Shown: positions 1 to 11,562, numbered from the stretch's first letter. The stretch is DNA of 64,000 nt from Glycera tridactyla (GCA_965644265.1 OZ286466.1:65162001-65226000); one strand, 5' to 3'. The notes: generated from the sequence alone by a model not told the origin. Numbers and translations: made by a program.

Positions 1-3000
1 CCGTGATGTGCTTCATATTTTCAGATAGGAAAAAATGTATTCAGAGATAGTTCGTCATCCATTGCGTATCCATACTATTGTCCTATTTGATTCAAAGTTT
101 CCCAATAACTTTCACATTAGAGCGGGAACAATTCATCCTCAACCTTTAATGAAAACCATCCTTATTTCTAATCTTTTCCGTTCAGAGGATGATGTATAAG
201 GGAATAAAACAAAGAAGATGAACCACGCAGTATATGAAGACGTATTTTTTCACAAAATGTATGGTAATCACAAAATTTGATAAGGATTCGCCATCACCAT
301 GCATCTCTCAGAAAAAGTATATAATGATGAGGGAAGTTAGTTCAAGTGCATCAACACCTGCTTCAACCAGGATATAGTCAGTGTGGTTGCATCAGAGATG
401 CAGATTTTCATCACCAGCTGTCGAACATCAGTGATAGCAGGACAGGGATGAGCATGCGAATTCGGTCCTTTGATACTGAGATATCTCACTTTAATTTGAA
501 TATTGTCTGAAATGACATCTAATTTGAATTATTTCCATATTATTCGACACTCCACCAGAAAGTCAAAAGAGCGACTCGCGAGTAATAATTACTCGCCAAG
601 CATATTGCACGGGCGTCGCAATATTGCACTTTGGGTATTGAAGTGCCATTGAATCGCAACCAATCATTTTAAATTTCGATGTTGCGGCGATATCAGCTAA
701 TGACTCTTTCTGGACCGTTATCGAGATGATAATTCACGCATAATGGACCCTCAAGTACTTAATGCTGTTTTCAGTAAGTCCTGAAAATCCATGAACAATA
801 TTAGGTATACCATAAAATCACCCCAAATCATACATTATCATATCGGTCACCTCGTAATTTAACGGCTAATATTAAATTCTATGGGTAGGTTTCTTTCCCT
901 AATTCCAATGTTATGTAGCTAATCTTCTTGAATCCGGACCCACGCCGATCGCATGAATGTATAGCAGAAAACTGTATCAACTACTTAAGCAGTCATCATG
1001 CACTATGTACTTCCGGTATAGAATACCACATGCTTCCATACAAATTACAAACTTAAAAACAAACAACTCACATTATATGGCATGTTTCGATTTTATTGAT
1101 ATCATGATATATGTTCGCAGAAAGGCAAACATTGAGTAATATATGCACAGTTCTTGCACCTAGCGCAATGGGCAGGGATCGGGGTATGGAAGCATGAGAC
1201 AACATGGTCTGGGATGTACTTCTTTGTTCGCTATCACTAATATGAAAATGTTATGAGCGAATGAAGACATCACCAAGTTAGGACTCTTTGATTACAGTAA
1301 TGGAGACATTTAGCTGTCAATATATTAAGTGATCTGTCAGTATGACTACTCAACATTCGAATGATAAGAGTAGTCACTTTCAACCTTTAGAGATATGTAA
1401 TCAAGCAATTCTCAATCTCAACAATGTAGCTTCCGGTGAATTCTACACCAAGGTCCCGAAAGCCGCTTTGAACATCAAGACTAGTAGTCGAAGTGTCAAT
1501 TGCCCCATTGCCAAATACGTGAATATCCCATAGCTGAGATCAGATATCAAACTGGAATCTTATATATGGCCCAAATCACCCTGACATATCATCCTCATAT
1601 TATCAATCATAATCATCATTGACAAATGGATGTAATGATAGGATCATGTCAATTTGAATATTATTTCGTTTACTTGCCTACTTTCGAGTAATTTGATCAC
1701 CCAGGGGTATCTTACCAATATTTCCATCAATGCTTAGGTGACTGAAGCCATGCACAATGAACTGTTATTTTACGGATGGAAACATCAACTCAGAGACAGT
1801 GTTGATGATCAGACAGAGATACTCGAATATTGATGAAACTTCAACACTTAAGTTCATCTTCTAAATGTACTGTCATTGCTCATAAGATAACATCACATCA
1901 TATCATCCATCCATCATCGCATTGTCAACCATATTGAGTTATGCGAATATTGTATTTGTTTCCATCCTCCCGAGAACGCCCCTTCTATGGGACGATTGTA
2001 TACATATTTTCTTCATATAACGGACGAAGAGAAATAAAACATTATACATACATACATACTTCGGCCTGCACGCACACTACCAATAGGTGAATCAGTATGT
2101 AATCATTCCTGGTAAACATGAATATCCTCTGGATAATTCACAATGTACGTGAATGAACTATAACTTACCAGAGTCACCCATCCTGTTCAGGAAAGATCAA
2201 CACAAGTTACCAGTAACAAGTCCCCATGACGTTAGATAAATATATATTCTTATTGCTTTCACTATTACTCGTTTATCATTTATGAAATGACACCATGAAT
2301 ATTCGTCATTTTCGTATAATTTCTCTTCCTGACCTGGGCCCATCTGGAGAAGTTTTGTATGATCTTATCCATGCTCATTGCATGAACGTTTCAATATAGC
2401 CCAGCCTGAAAGCAGCCGACCCAGCTTAAAACCTAACAGACATAGTAATATTTGTCACTGGAGGAAACCTGCTATATTCTGCACTTTAGTATATCATTCT
2501 ACAAAGGATTTCCCACAAATCAAGAGCCCTCCCTGCTGATGCAACAGCGGAGATATTTCTCCGCTGTTACTTGCTTACGAAACACATACTTGACCTCTGA
2601 TTCAATCTCTAATATACTGTGATGGTCCAACGAATTCAAGGATACACATCCATAGGAATGATATATGGTTGGTAATAATCACACCCACCAGAGCTTGACG
2701 CTGAGGTTTCAGGTAACTTCCCATTCTTGCCATTGTTCACTGAGATGTACTTACCCGAACAGTGAATGGTCTTGGCCCGCCCATTTGAAGTATACAAATA
2801 TCACCGGAATGCATTAGCTTGCCATTTGGGTGAGTAGACATAGCAGCCCACATGCCCGGACACAAATTTCACTTGCCCCAGACAATCGGACAAGCCTCAC
2901 CGTAAAACCCTTCTTATTCATCAATATGTCTTATTTGAGAAACTTGTGTTGATGTAACATACAGCCGCACAAAATCAGTAGGATGCAGAACCATTCACTC

Positions 3001-3408
3001 AAAGACTATGACGTTTTAATCACATCAGTAATATTTACATGATTTTCTACCTCATGCTCAAATACTCATGATGAAGACGGACCCTGTATTCCAGGATGAC
3101 AATCCCGACGCATCTGAGTCAGCCTCCTGACCGTATCAATTATTCAAGAAACATGCGATTACAATCATACCTGCTTACAATCACCACCCAAATACATATG
3201 AAAAAGTGACAGCTGGCCTCGGAAGGAAAGTGCCCGCTGATATAATTTGAGACCCTTTTTCTCAAGTGAATGACCTCTGTACAGACGTTGTCATGTAGCA
3301 AGCCCGTTTTCCATATCATTCAATTATTCATACATTCGCTCAACTCTTAAGGTTTAATCGGAAAACTTGCTCAGGACACCACCAGAGGCCTATTTCACCA
3401 AGGATGGA

Positions 3409-3580
3409 CCAGTGCATACCGACTAGGATATCAAAGGCCAGCCGTGTCTATAGGGGTCCCTGTATGCACGTAAAGGAACCACTGCTGTCTTTCGCAAAGA
3501 GTACGGACGGCCCCCGGCAGCGGTTCTCTTTTCAGTTTTTTCAGCATTTTAATTTTTTTCAGTCCGATAAAACAAACATC
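3409..3580 (+). mobile_element. SINE-like family A copy (core and 3' part)
   Basis: Shares cagtgcat...atcaaaggcc...gcacgtaaa..aaccactgctgtct..cgcaaagagta.ggacggcccccggcag...cagtccgata with copies at 40110, 43692, 49889 and 55433; the fullest copies end in (CAAA)n. Confidence 0.75.
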
Positions 3581-4307
3581 ACCAAGGATGTAGGTACACT
3601 TAGAGGGGTCCAGGGGGTCTCAATCACAATGGACATTTATATCATTCACGCCATTTTTAATTCATCCACCATTTTGTTAAATGAGCCACAGGCTATTCAT
3701 ATTGGAAAAACGAACTCACTGAGATGAAAAATGATAATAAGTTGAACTTCCACCTTGATATGCTGGTCTGCTCAGAACACAGAAGCTATATATTCCTACT
3801 CAAGGAAAGGGTACACATATACATGGGCGAGACAATCAGGGTGTCTCAGTATAGCACAGCAAATTAACCAATCAACCAACCAGCGAAAGACATCCACCCG
3901 AGACATATGAAATATGATGGCTTCTGGCCATTTGTACATGTTCGCCAGAGTAGATACGTGATGTACAGCGGTATATACATATATTACATATAAAAAATAT
4001 GTCATGATAACGGAAGTGAGTCATCAGACCGATGGAATGATATGATTATGATATATTCCTCATGTAAATATCATCCAACATACTCGAAATCACCGATAGT
4101 CTGGGTTCCGGCAGAATAATCTGAGGGGATGCATGGAAGCAGTTGTCAGTGAACTAAGATATAATAAACCAATGTACATCAGATTAAAGCACACAAATAT
4201 AGTAGGTTATCATATCATGAAAAACTCCAGATTACAAATTTGGGGTAGTATGCTCTTATATGATAGGACTACGCGTCCAGGATTCCCTCGTGAAGAGTCT
4301 ATGCATG

Positions 4308-4371
4308 TTTGGGTTTAGGGTTCGGGCTCCTTAGGGTTAGGGTTAAGTTCAGTCAAAGTTAGGGTTAGGTT
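4308..4371 (+). repeat. Short degenerate TTAGGG cluster
   Basis: TTAGGG at 4315, 4331, 4337 and 4359 plus variants. Confidence 0.7.
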
Positions 4372-6553
4372 CAGACAGCATTATGATCATGGCGACAGCT
4401 GGTTGTCTCTGCGGGTGACACTCGGGAGCTCCAAAGTGCATGTGCCCCATAATTTGTTTGAAGTCAGTATAATATCATCAACGGGTGCTTGAAGATGAGG
4501 GAAATGTTGGATGCACTGCTACACAGAATACCTCGAAATGTACTCATCTTGATCAAGACGCTGACGGGTGTTGATGGGGATGTTTATGGGGATCCTCCCA
4601 TCACAAAGTGACATAATGACCTTATATCCACTTCCAATCTCAACATAAGACATAATGACTGTAGTGGGAAAATAAACAGCAACCAAATTTTTTATAATGA
4701 TTGAGTATTAATTTGACATCATTAATGATCTGAAACGTTGTATTTTTACTGAGTCTGTCTAAGTATTTTCCCTCTATAGGATAAAAAAAATTCCGAAAAC
4801 AAATGAAACAGCATCTGCATTAGATGGATCTACGGAGTTCACTACCAGCAGGGGTTCTTGCGAGGGGCCATTAATCTGAAAGTATGTCAATCCCTGACCT
4901 ATATATGCTCATAATGGGAGATGCCAAAGTCAGATAGTAAAATTGGGGATTGACTGGGTTCATGCGCTAGAGTTAATCACTTGAACATACAGAAACGATG
5001 GATGGTCATCTGGAATTATGTTCCCGAATATACCTATTTTGTTGGTGGAACGTCTGAGTAAAACTGAAATTACCATTGAATTATCCTGAAATTAGGATTT
5101 GATGATACAGGAAATACCAAATTATGTGGTTCTTATATGAAAAGAACATAATGATTCGAAGGTGATTGATCATACGATATAATTGACATTGCAAGCAGAG
5201 ATTGTCATGATATGTGCGAATTATTCATTTATTGAGTGTTGCAAGGGGTGTAAATGATTGTTCTCCAATCAGATTGATATCTCTTCATCCACGAATTGCC
5301 ATGAGACGATTTTGACTTTGATAGTGAGACAGTTCACTTCTTCCAATCGAATTCAACGCCTGAGCAATCGGTTATGACAAAGCCATCTATCAGATAAGTG
5401 GATTCCAAATCCATACTGCTACCACTATCATGACAATTCCAGTCTTAGAGAATCTTAAAAGATGACGCACCACACTACCCGGAAAATCAATGAGATTTCC
5501 GCCAAATCCACATGTAAATTTCGATGTTGTCTATCTGCTCTAACTTTGTGCAGATAAGGTGAGGTTGTGGAGTTAAATCGTATCCTGATTGCATGTGAGT
5601 ACCCCGGCAGGAATTCATATAGATACAGACCCCTTTTCCCTTCAAAGATCAGATCATCGAGGAAGCAGAGTATTTCACCCCTAAACTGATAATGTGAAGA
5701 TAAAGACAATCAGTAAGGAGTATCAAAACCTCTAAAGAAATAATTGAATGATGAAAGTTCTGCATGATACTCCATTTGTTAGTATCATACTCTGGTTGAC
5801 ACATACTATCTTCTACCCTGAAAAGAACCAGAGCACACTATAGAACAGCAAGTCGTCGAAATAGGGACATGACATCACACACAGCTTCACCTATCGTGGA
5901 ATCGGGCTGTCCACCAGATGACCGCACTACGATCGCTCACCATAAAAACATCTCACTATCTGTGTTTCTCTTCGGCAAGATAGTGATTTGATCATTTTTT
6001 TTAAATTCTTTTTTTTTAAATGATCTAATGCAATCGGTTGTTGTATTGTTTGGGTCATTATTCTGTCCTCCGCATGGCCGAAGTCACGCCGTCACGCACG
6101 AGAACTAGCCTTCAGCCCTGCAGGCCCAGATGCCGCTGCTGGAGAATCGCGGTACTGAGGGAGCTACAGACCTGATGTGTTAGGCAAGAACATATAAAAT
6201 CGGGGGATACTGCGCGAACTCGGGGATATTTCTCACCGTATCTCATGACTGGATATAGGCGCATACGTAATAGATACGAGATTATAGCATGTGGATAACC
6301 ACGACTACTTCAACGTCACAGGATGCACAGTGCTCAGGACATTCTAAGTATCACGGCAGGCGAAATATGTTAGCTACGAACTTCTACAAAAAGGATGAGT
6401 CTTCCAGCTTATAATCATCATCAAAACAGATACAACAGGAAATGGACGAGTTCCTAGAGACACCGCACTGTCTTATAGAAAGTGTCATCGATCAAGTGTA
6501 ATTTTGGCTGGCATATGAGGTCAGGGAAGGAACCGGAAGTCAGAAACCGGAAG

Positions 6554-7113
6554 TTAGATAATGGTGACGCTGTCCATTTGTTCCATCAATTCCTGAGGGT
6601 CAGCATGGCTGTCGACCATGGAGGATACACTGTCCACTCGTTGATACTGGCCCGATTTGTCGAACTTCTTCGTCCTTCGCCGTCGCTTCCGCCATTTCTC
6701 TGAGCAGAAGCAGAATGCAAAGCAAGATGTCAGCGTCGTGAGCGAACCCAGCGTCAGCATCGTCGCCCCGAATATCCAAGCATAAAACTCCGTCTCCTGA
6801 CGTCGCATAGCTCCTTCCTGGNNNNNNNNNNNNNNNNNNNNNNNNNNNNNNNNNNNNNNNNNNNNNNNNNNNNNNNNNNNNNNNNNNNNNNNNNNNNNNN
6901 NNNNNNNNNNNNNNNNNNNNNNNNNNNNNNNNNNNNNNNNNNNNNNNNNNNNNNNNNNNNNNNNNNNNNNNNNNNNNNNNNNNNNNNNNNNNNNNNNNNN
7001 NNNNNNNNNNNNNNNNNNNNNNNNATCGTCGTCATCGTCGTTGTGGCCGTCGTGATCGTAGCGGTAATGGTCGTCGTCGCTGTCATCGTCGTCGTAGTGG
7101 TAGTCATCAATAT
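6554..7113 (-). CDS. Terminal coding exon: Asp/His/Tyr-rich tract, assembly gap, TM helix and cytoplasmic tail to stop
   Basis: Acceptor gtcggtacag|AT ATT GAT with a CTAAC branch-like motif ~44 nt upstream. Reads IDDYHYDDDDSDDDHYRYDHDGHNDDDDD, then 203 N, then in the same frame (7111-6808=303) QEGAMRRQETEFYAWIFGATMLTLGSLTTLTSCFAFCFCSEKWRKRRRRTKK...YQRV...MDSVTII*. Confidence 0.8.
6822..7024. other. Assembly gap (203 N) inside the terminal exon
   Basis: N-run flanked on one side by GAC/GAT-rich low-complexity codons. Confidence 1.
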
Positions 7114-7654
7114 CTGTACCGACGTCTCAATATAGCACAGACGGAACTCGGTGGACGTTAGATGAACAACCAAACGTCGTGATGTGAGTGGATTGAACAG
7201 AATTTCTTGATATACATGTTGACCAAAAATTATATCTCGATGAGGTTAATTTCTAGAGTCAGTAGCACGGTGCAAACTATGCCACATTTATGCAATTTTT
7301 ATAGGACATCCAACGTCGCTCTGGTTTCATGCATGAAGCGCAGCCCATAATGTTGGCAATTTAGCTGTATACTCGCAATGCACTCGGGCCGAAGTCTCTT
7401 TGCACAAGTTGAATCCGTTAACGTCAAGATCCCCCTACCGCCATATACACGAGACATGCCAAAACGCCCTAAAATTGGCAATTTTCGTTACATTTCTGGA
7501 CTTCAATTTCTAATACAGTCATGATTTAGGGGTCAAAACATGTGTTTAATCTCATGTTGGTTCCCATGACACTTGAAGATGATATTTCTGATTGGGGATG
7601 AACTTGTCCAAAAAGGAAGTTGATCCGATAAAAGTCCAAGTTATGAAACACCCT

Positions 7655-7745
7655 AATATGATGGATGACCCTGGCAGAGGTTTGCAGGTATGTATTCCAG
7701 TATGGCTGAACCATAATACACAACAGTGATACCCCTCCTCAGCAT
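7655..7745 (+). mobile_element. Internally deleted family C fragment
   Basis: ggatgaccctggcagaggtttg..ggtatgtattcc.gtatggctgaaccata joined to gatacccctcctcagcat; both parts are present in the 8680 copy but ~200 nt apart. Confidence 0.6.
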
Positions 7746-8141
7746 AAGTCTCTCTGAACAAGATGGCCGTCTGAAATCACAATCGATGGTCACCGGGGGT
7801 CAGAAACACTCATCTCACATGGAATAATCCATATCAATAATAGACACCACTCAAGTGTACTCATTTGTGAACTGGTTCAAAATAGTAATAATCACAAACA
7901 TGCAACAAAGTCTGAGGTGCGACCATTATTGAAGGTGGAGCGAGTCCGCTACTCTTTGTGTGAGAAGAATAGTTTTGTGACTAGCAGTCCAGACGTAGAG
8001 ATAATGAAGCCTGATGCTTTCAAGGCTTATGTGAAGCAGTTACGTTTTGTGTAAACTATGTGTATCCTTGGTTTTTTAATGATTAGACTATCGTATGACC
8101 ATATGGTATTTTTCATCTTCATCTCCATCTCATCAAATCAC

Positions 8142-8217
8142 CACTATAATTCTTTTTTGTAAATTCATCCATGTCATTGCGTATTTGATTTCCTGCATGT
8201 GTTCTTGCATGGTCAGA
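8142..8217 (-). CDS. Small internal coding exon (76 nt, phase 0 to 1), SDHARTHAGNQIRNDMDEFTKKNYS
   Basis: Strong acceptor catcgttcattttcag|TCT and donor AGTG|GTGATT (weak). Its phases bridge the phase-0 end of the 10910 exon and the phase-1 start of the 7113 exon exactly. Not in the ORF track. Confidence 0.6.
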
Positions 8218-8399
8218 CTGAAAATGAACGATGTCTGTTTTGTACCTTGTTTAAGTGTACTTTGACGATTGAAAATGAAAGTTTGAAATCAAAATAAAAA
8301 AATAAATCTCACGCCATTGCCTCTGAGATTGGGTGATATATGGCAATTTCCAGAGTGTAGACCGTCCCCACCATGCATTCTTTTTTTTCGATGGATTTT

Positions 8400-8560
8400 T
8401 GTACGCAAGACTGGTGCAGCGAGAAATGATGCCAAATCGGCTATAATCTATTTTAGTTTGCTTCATCCATCCGACGTACATTAAACGTGCCAACCATACC
8501 CATTCATCGGATTTAAAGATGTTTGCAGCTTACAGTTTAAAAGCTCCGGCATGTGTTTCA
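8400..8560 (-). mobile_element. Possible RTE/RTE-X LINE endonuclease N-terminal remnant
   Basis: Stop-riddled frame SCKHL*IR*MGMVGTFNVRRM contains the GT(F/W)NVR motif that opens RTE apurinic endonucleases; a single motif only. Confidence 0.25.
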
Positions 8561-8679
8561 TAGATGTGGGCTATCGGGTGTTTCCACTTGTTTATTTAGC
8601 ATTTACATGGCCACACCAAGTGCTATTGAACAAATGCATTCCGGAGTCAAATGCCCTATGAAAGGATGTGATAGTCCTA

Positions 8680-9003
8680 AGTAGCGTCTTCACACCTGAC
8701 CCAAATGTAGAACAGTTATAGCTGCAGCTATTTGGATGGGGGATGACCATGGCAGAGGTTTGTGGGTATGTATTCCCGTATGGCTGAACCATACATTACA
8801 CTGATAATCACACACTGCATAAGTAATCTGGGCCCCTAGTATTGGGCTCAAAACATGGAAACAGGCATGAGCTACACATCAGAAGGGCTGGTTGATGGTG
8901 TGAGCGCCTATCCGGGATTTGAAAACAATGGCCCAAGGTTCACAGTGGCGCTATAATAACTGACGACAAAATCCGCCTGCACTGATACCCTCCTCCTCAG
9001 CAT
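8680..9003 (+). mobile_element. SINE-like family C copy
   Basis: Aligns over ~280 nt to 41300-41623 (gtagcgtcttca.ac.tgacccaaatgta...gaccatggc...accatac...tgatggtgtgag.gc.tatc.ggga..tgaaaacaatgg...cagtggcgc.ataataactgac). Confidence 0.7.
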
Positions 9004-9599
9004 GCACAAATGGGAGTGTACAAGAGAGGGTGTTCAAAATTCAAGCAAAGGCAGAGGGCTGTGGAACCGTCAGGCTCTGACAGAGGTATTGGGCTGAGAT
9101 CAGTCGAAACAGTTGAAAAAAACGAATAAACAAACAAACAAAGTTGTTCAATATTCAAAATGCAATGTTTGAAGCGCCGAAGATGGATGAAGTGCAGCAC
9201 CTCAAATACCTAAACATTTTCAAGATGGCTGCCTAACCATATTTTGGGATTCCTCGTGATTGCGTTCGACTAGACTATTTGTTGGGATTGGTGGTTCCAG
9301 TTTCTCCATACTGCATATCAAGCAGTGGCAAAATATGGTACCTGCCTAAAATGTTCTGGGTTAGAACGGATCTAAGAATGAATGACACGGAGAATTGAAC
9401 AAACAGTTGTAAAATATGAATGCATGGATGATTTTTTATCATCCCATCGGAAGAACAGAGATCTTGGAGAAGGCCTCATAGGCAAAGAGCAGTGAATACT
9501 TATATTCTATTCATGCAAAAGCGGAACATGTGCAATATAATATGTAGGATGATGTGATCCATTTCCTAAAATATATTATCCACAACTGGGAATCAAAGT

Positions 9600-10290
9600 G
9601 ACAGGGCCACATCTCTTTTGTAGAGGTATCCAATGTATGGACACTCAGTTGTTAACAGATCTCTCGATTCCTGGGTATTCAAGTTGAACTTGTCTTGAGT
9701 TGGATTTGTACAAGCCGAGAACCTGTCCTAAGTAACACATTTCTGTTCATCCCAACATGGTAGTTTTTATATTTAGAGCTGAATAAGTCTTAATTATTGT
9801 CTTATCTGGTTTCAATCACTAGTGTGCACCATTTATCAGGTCTTTAATCGCCTGTGCATGTCATCCGAAACAATCCTATATGCTTAAAATTAGATATACT
9901 CTCTCTGGACTGTCGTCTTGCTGTATGTGTGTCTGCTGCTTGACATTACCTGATGTGTAGTAAACCTCTCAAAACTGGTACTTATCTTAGTTTTATGGCT
10001 TTTCAATTGATGACTAGCGCCGCGTATTATATTTGTTCATTTATAGACTTATCTCATTTCATTGTGGGGATATTATCAGATTCTCTCACCATGATGGAAA
10101 CTTCATAGTATATGTGGTTTTGTCTCTTTCGTCACTGTTACATGCATGTTCTGTACATGTTCTTGTATATGTATATATATGTAACTGTTTATGTTTGTAC
10201 TCGCACCGGGAAGAAATGGTCACTGACCTTCCCATGCCAGAGTCAAATAAAGTATTTCAATTTTCAATTTTCAATTCTCAATTCTCATTA
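9600..10290 (+). mobile_element. Decayed CR1/L2-group LINE 3' end
   Basis: Broken frame resembling the CR1 ORF2 C-terminus (SRF-LGYSS...S*VGFVQAENLS*VTHF), then a long UTR, AATAAA at ~10247 and a (TTCAAT)n tail. Confidence 0.5.
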
Positions 10291-10909
10291 TGGTCGACCT
10301 CTCCTAGGCAAGAACATGCGCTGAGCACACAGTCTCGAACCCTGCCCGGGACTAGATGTTTATAGAAAGTTTGGCAGTATTTCCGCTTTGTATAGTATGG
10401 TTCTAATCCTTACGCTTGAAGGAAAGGAAACATCAGCTCTGTTTATCGGAAAAAACTAATAGGAATAGACGTAATTGTACTTCCTGTGAATACTTTCCAG
10501 GTCAGACATACCGTTGGAAATGCACAGAAATCAAATATCAAAATAAACTCAGTTTTCACGAACGGGGTAATTGGAATTAGGTTTAGAGGAAGTAACCTAA
10601 ATGCACCCGTGCCTAAAAAATTTGGATAATGTACATTCGACGTTTTATGTGTTTGTCTTCATTACCAAAATTCAAGCCTGTGACGAAATTGGACGAACGA
10701 ATCACAGTACATGATCAAAGGGAATGGCTCCTTGCAAGCAATGTTTCTTCCCTTGAGTAGTTACTATGTTGAGATAGTACTTAGAATCGGGAATCTCGAA
10801 ATATCACTGAGCAGTGAAAACAGATGAAAGGAGAAAGGGGGGGGGGGGGGGTCGTTGTGTGAGCGTTCTCAATACGAAGTTTTAACAAAATGTGTATACT
10901 TACACTGAC

Positions 10910-11562
10910 CTTCAATGTGTCGTATAAAAGCTTGTAATTGTAAAACTTCTTCTTGAAGTTACTATGTTTACGATGGCGGCGGTTGGCGTACGAAGACGTG
11001 TGATTGTTAAGGCAATGGGGCCAGCATGCTGGAGCATTGGCGTCATCGTCCATCTGGCGGTAGTTCTTGCTAATAGCACTAGGTGGCCGGAAGTAGGGGC
11101 CAGCTGGTCGGCCGGGCAAATGTTGCAGCTTATCATGAACTTTATGATGCTTGGAATGTGGTGTGTGATGCTCTTGTATGAAACTGGGCGGCACCATTCC
11201 CTCCTCGTCGTACTCATACTGATATTCTGTCACTTCTTTCGGATGAAATGCTGATGTCGTTAATTGCTCAGTTGTTATTTGACTGGATGTCATCGTCACC
11301 GATTTGGTGTGAGTGGATTGGTTGAAGTATTGTGTGGTGGTTGCATGTGTGGTGTTTGGTGGAGAAGGACGGGTAGAGCGTAGGATGTCTTGAACGCCTT
11401 TTGCGGGGATCACTGGCCTTGGTTGCCTGACGACGTCGGACAGGATTGGAGAGGATGACGTGGGCGGAAAGCTGGCAATTTGCATCAAGACGGTTGTTAA
11501 GATGGTTGTGTTGGTAACCAACATCGAGTCGTTAGTCATTGCCTCATTGATCTCAGTCGTAT
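10910..11562 (-). CDS. Internal coding exon (653 nt, phase 1 to 0) of an unrecognised mucin-like single-pass membrane protein; Thr/Ser/Pro-rich then His-rich/basic
   Basis: Lies inside the longest non-repeat ORF (10781-11611). Acceptor tttcttgttctctgttacag|AT at 11562; donor AAG|GTCAGT at 10910 with an in-frame alternative AGT|GTAAGT at 10904. Translation DTTEINEAMTNDSML...PPNTTHATTTQYFNQSTHT...EYQYEYDEEG...HHTPHSKHHKVH...LYDTLK contains several N-x-S/T sequons. Confidence 0.85.

Noticed and set aside
6530-6552. Tandem CCGGAAGT ETS sites as a promoter
   Set aside because: They lie immediately after the stop codon in the presumed 3' UTR with no other promoter features.
6754-7173. Thr-rich ORF from the track as a mucin exon
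   Set aside because: It is out of frame with the TM-encoding segment; the Asp-rich frame is continuous with it and fits the splice phase.
8700-8790. 5S rRNA gene
   Set aside because: Only a ~15-nt resemblance to the box-C region, embedded in a dispersed repeat.
10838-10851. Poly-G/C runs (also ~31181, ~48966, ~51393, ~60295) as functional elements
   Set aside because: Simple homopolymers, prone to sequencing error, with no shared context.
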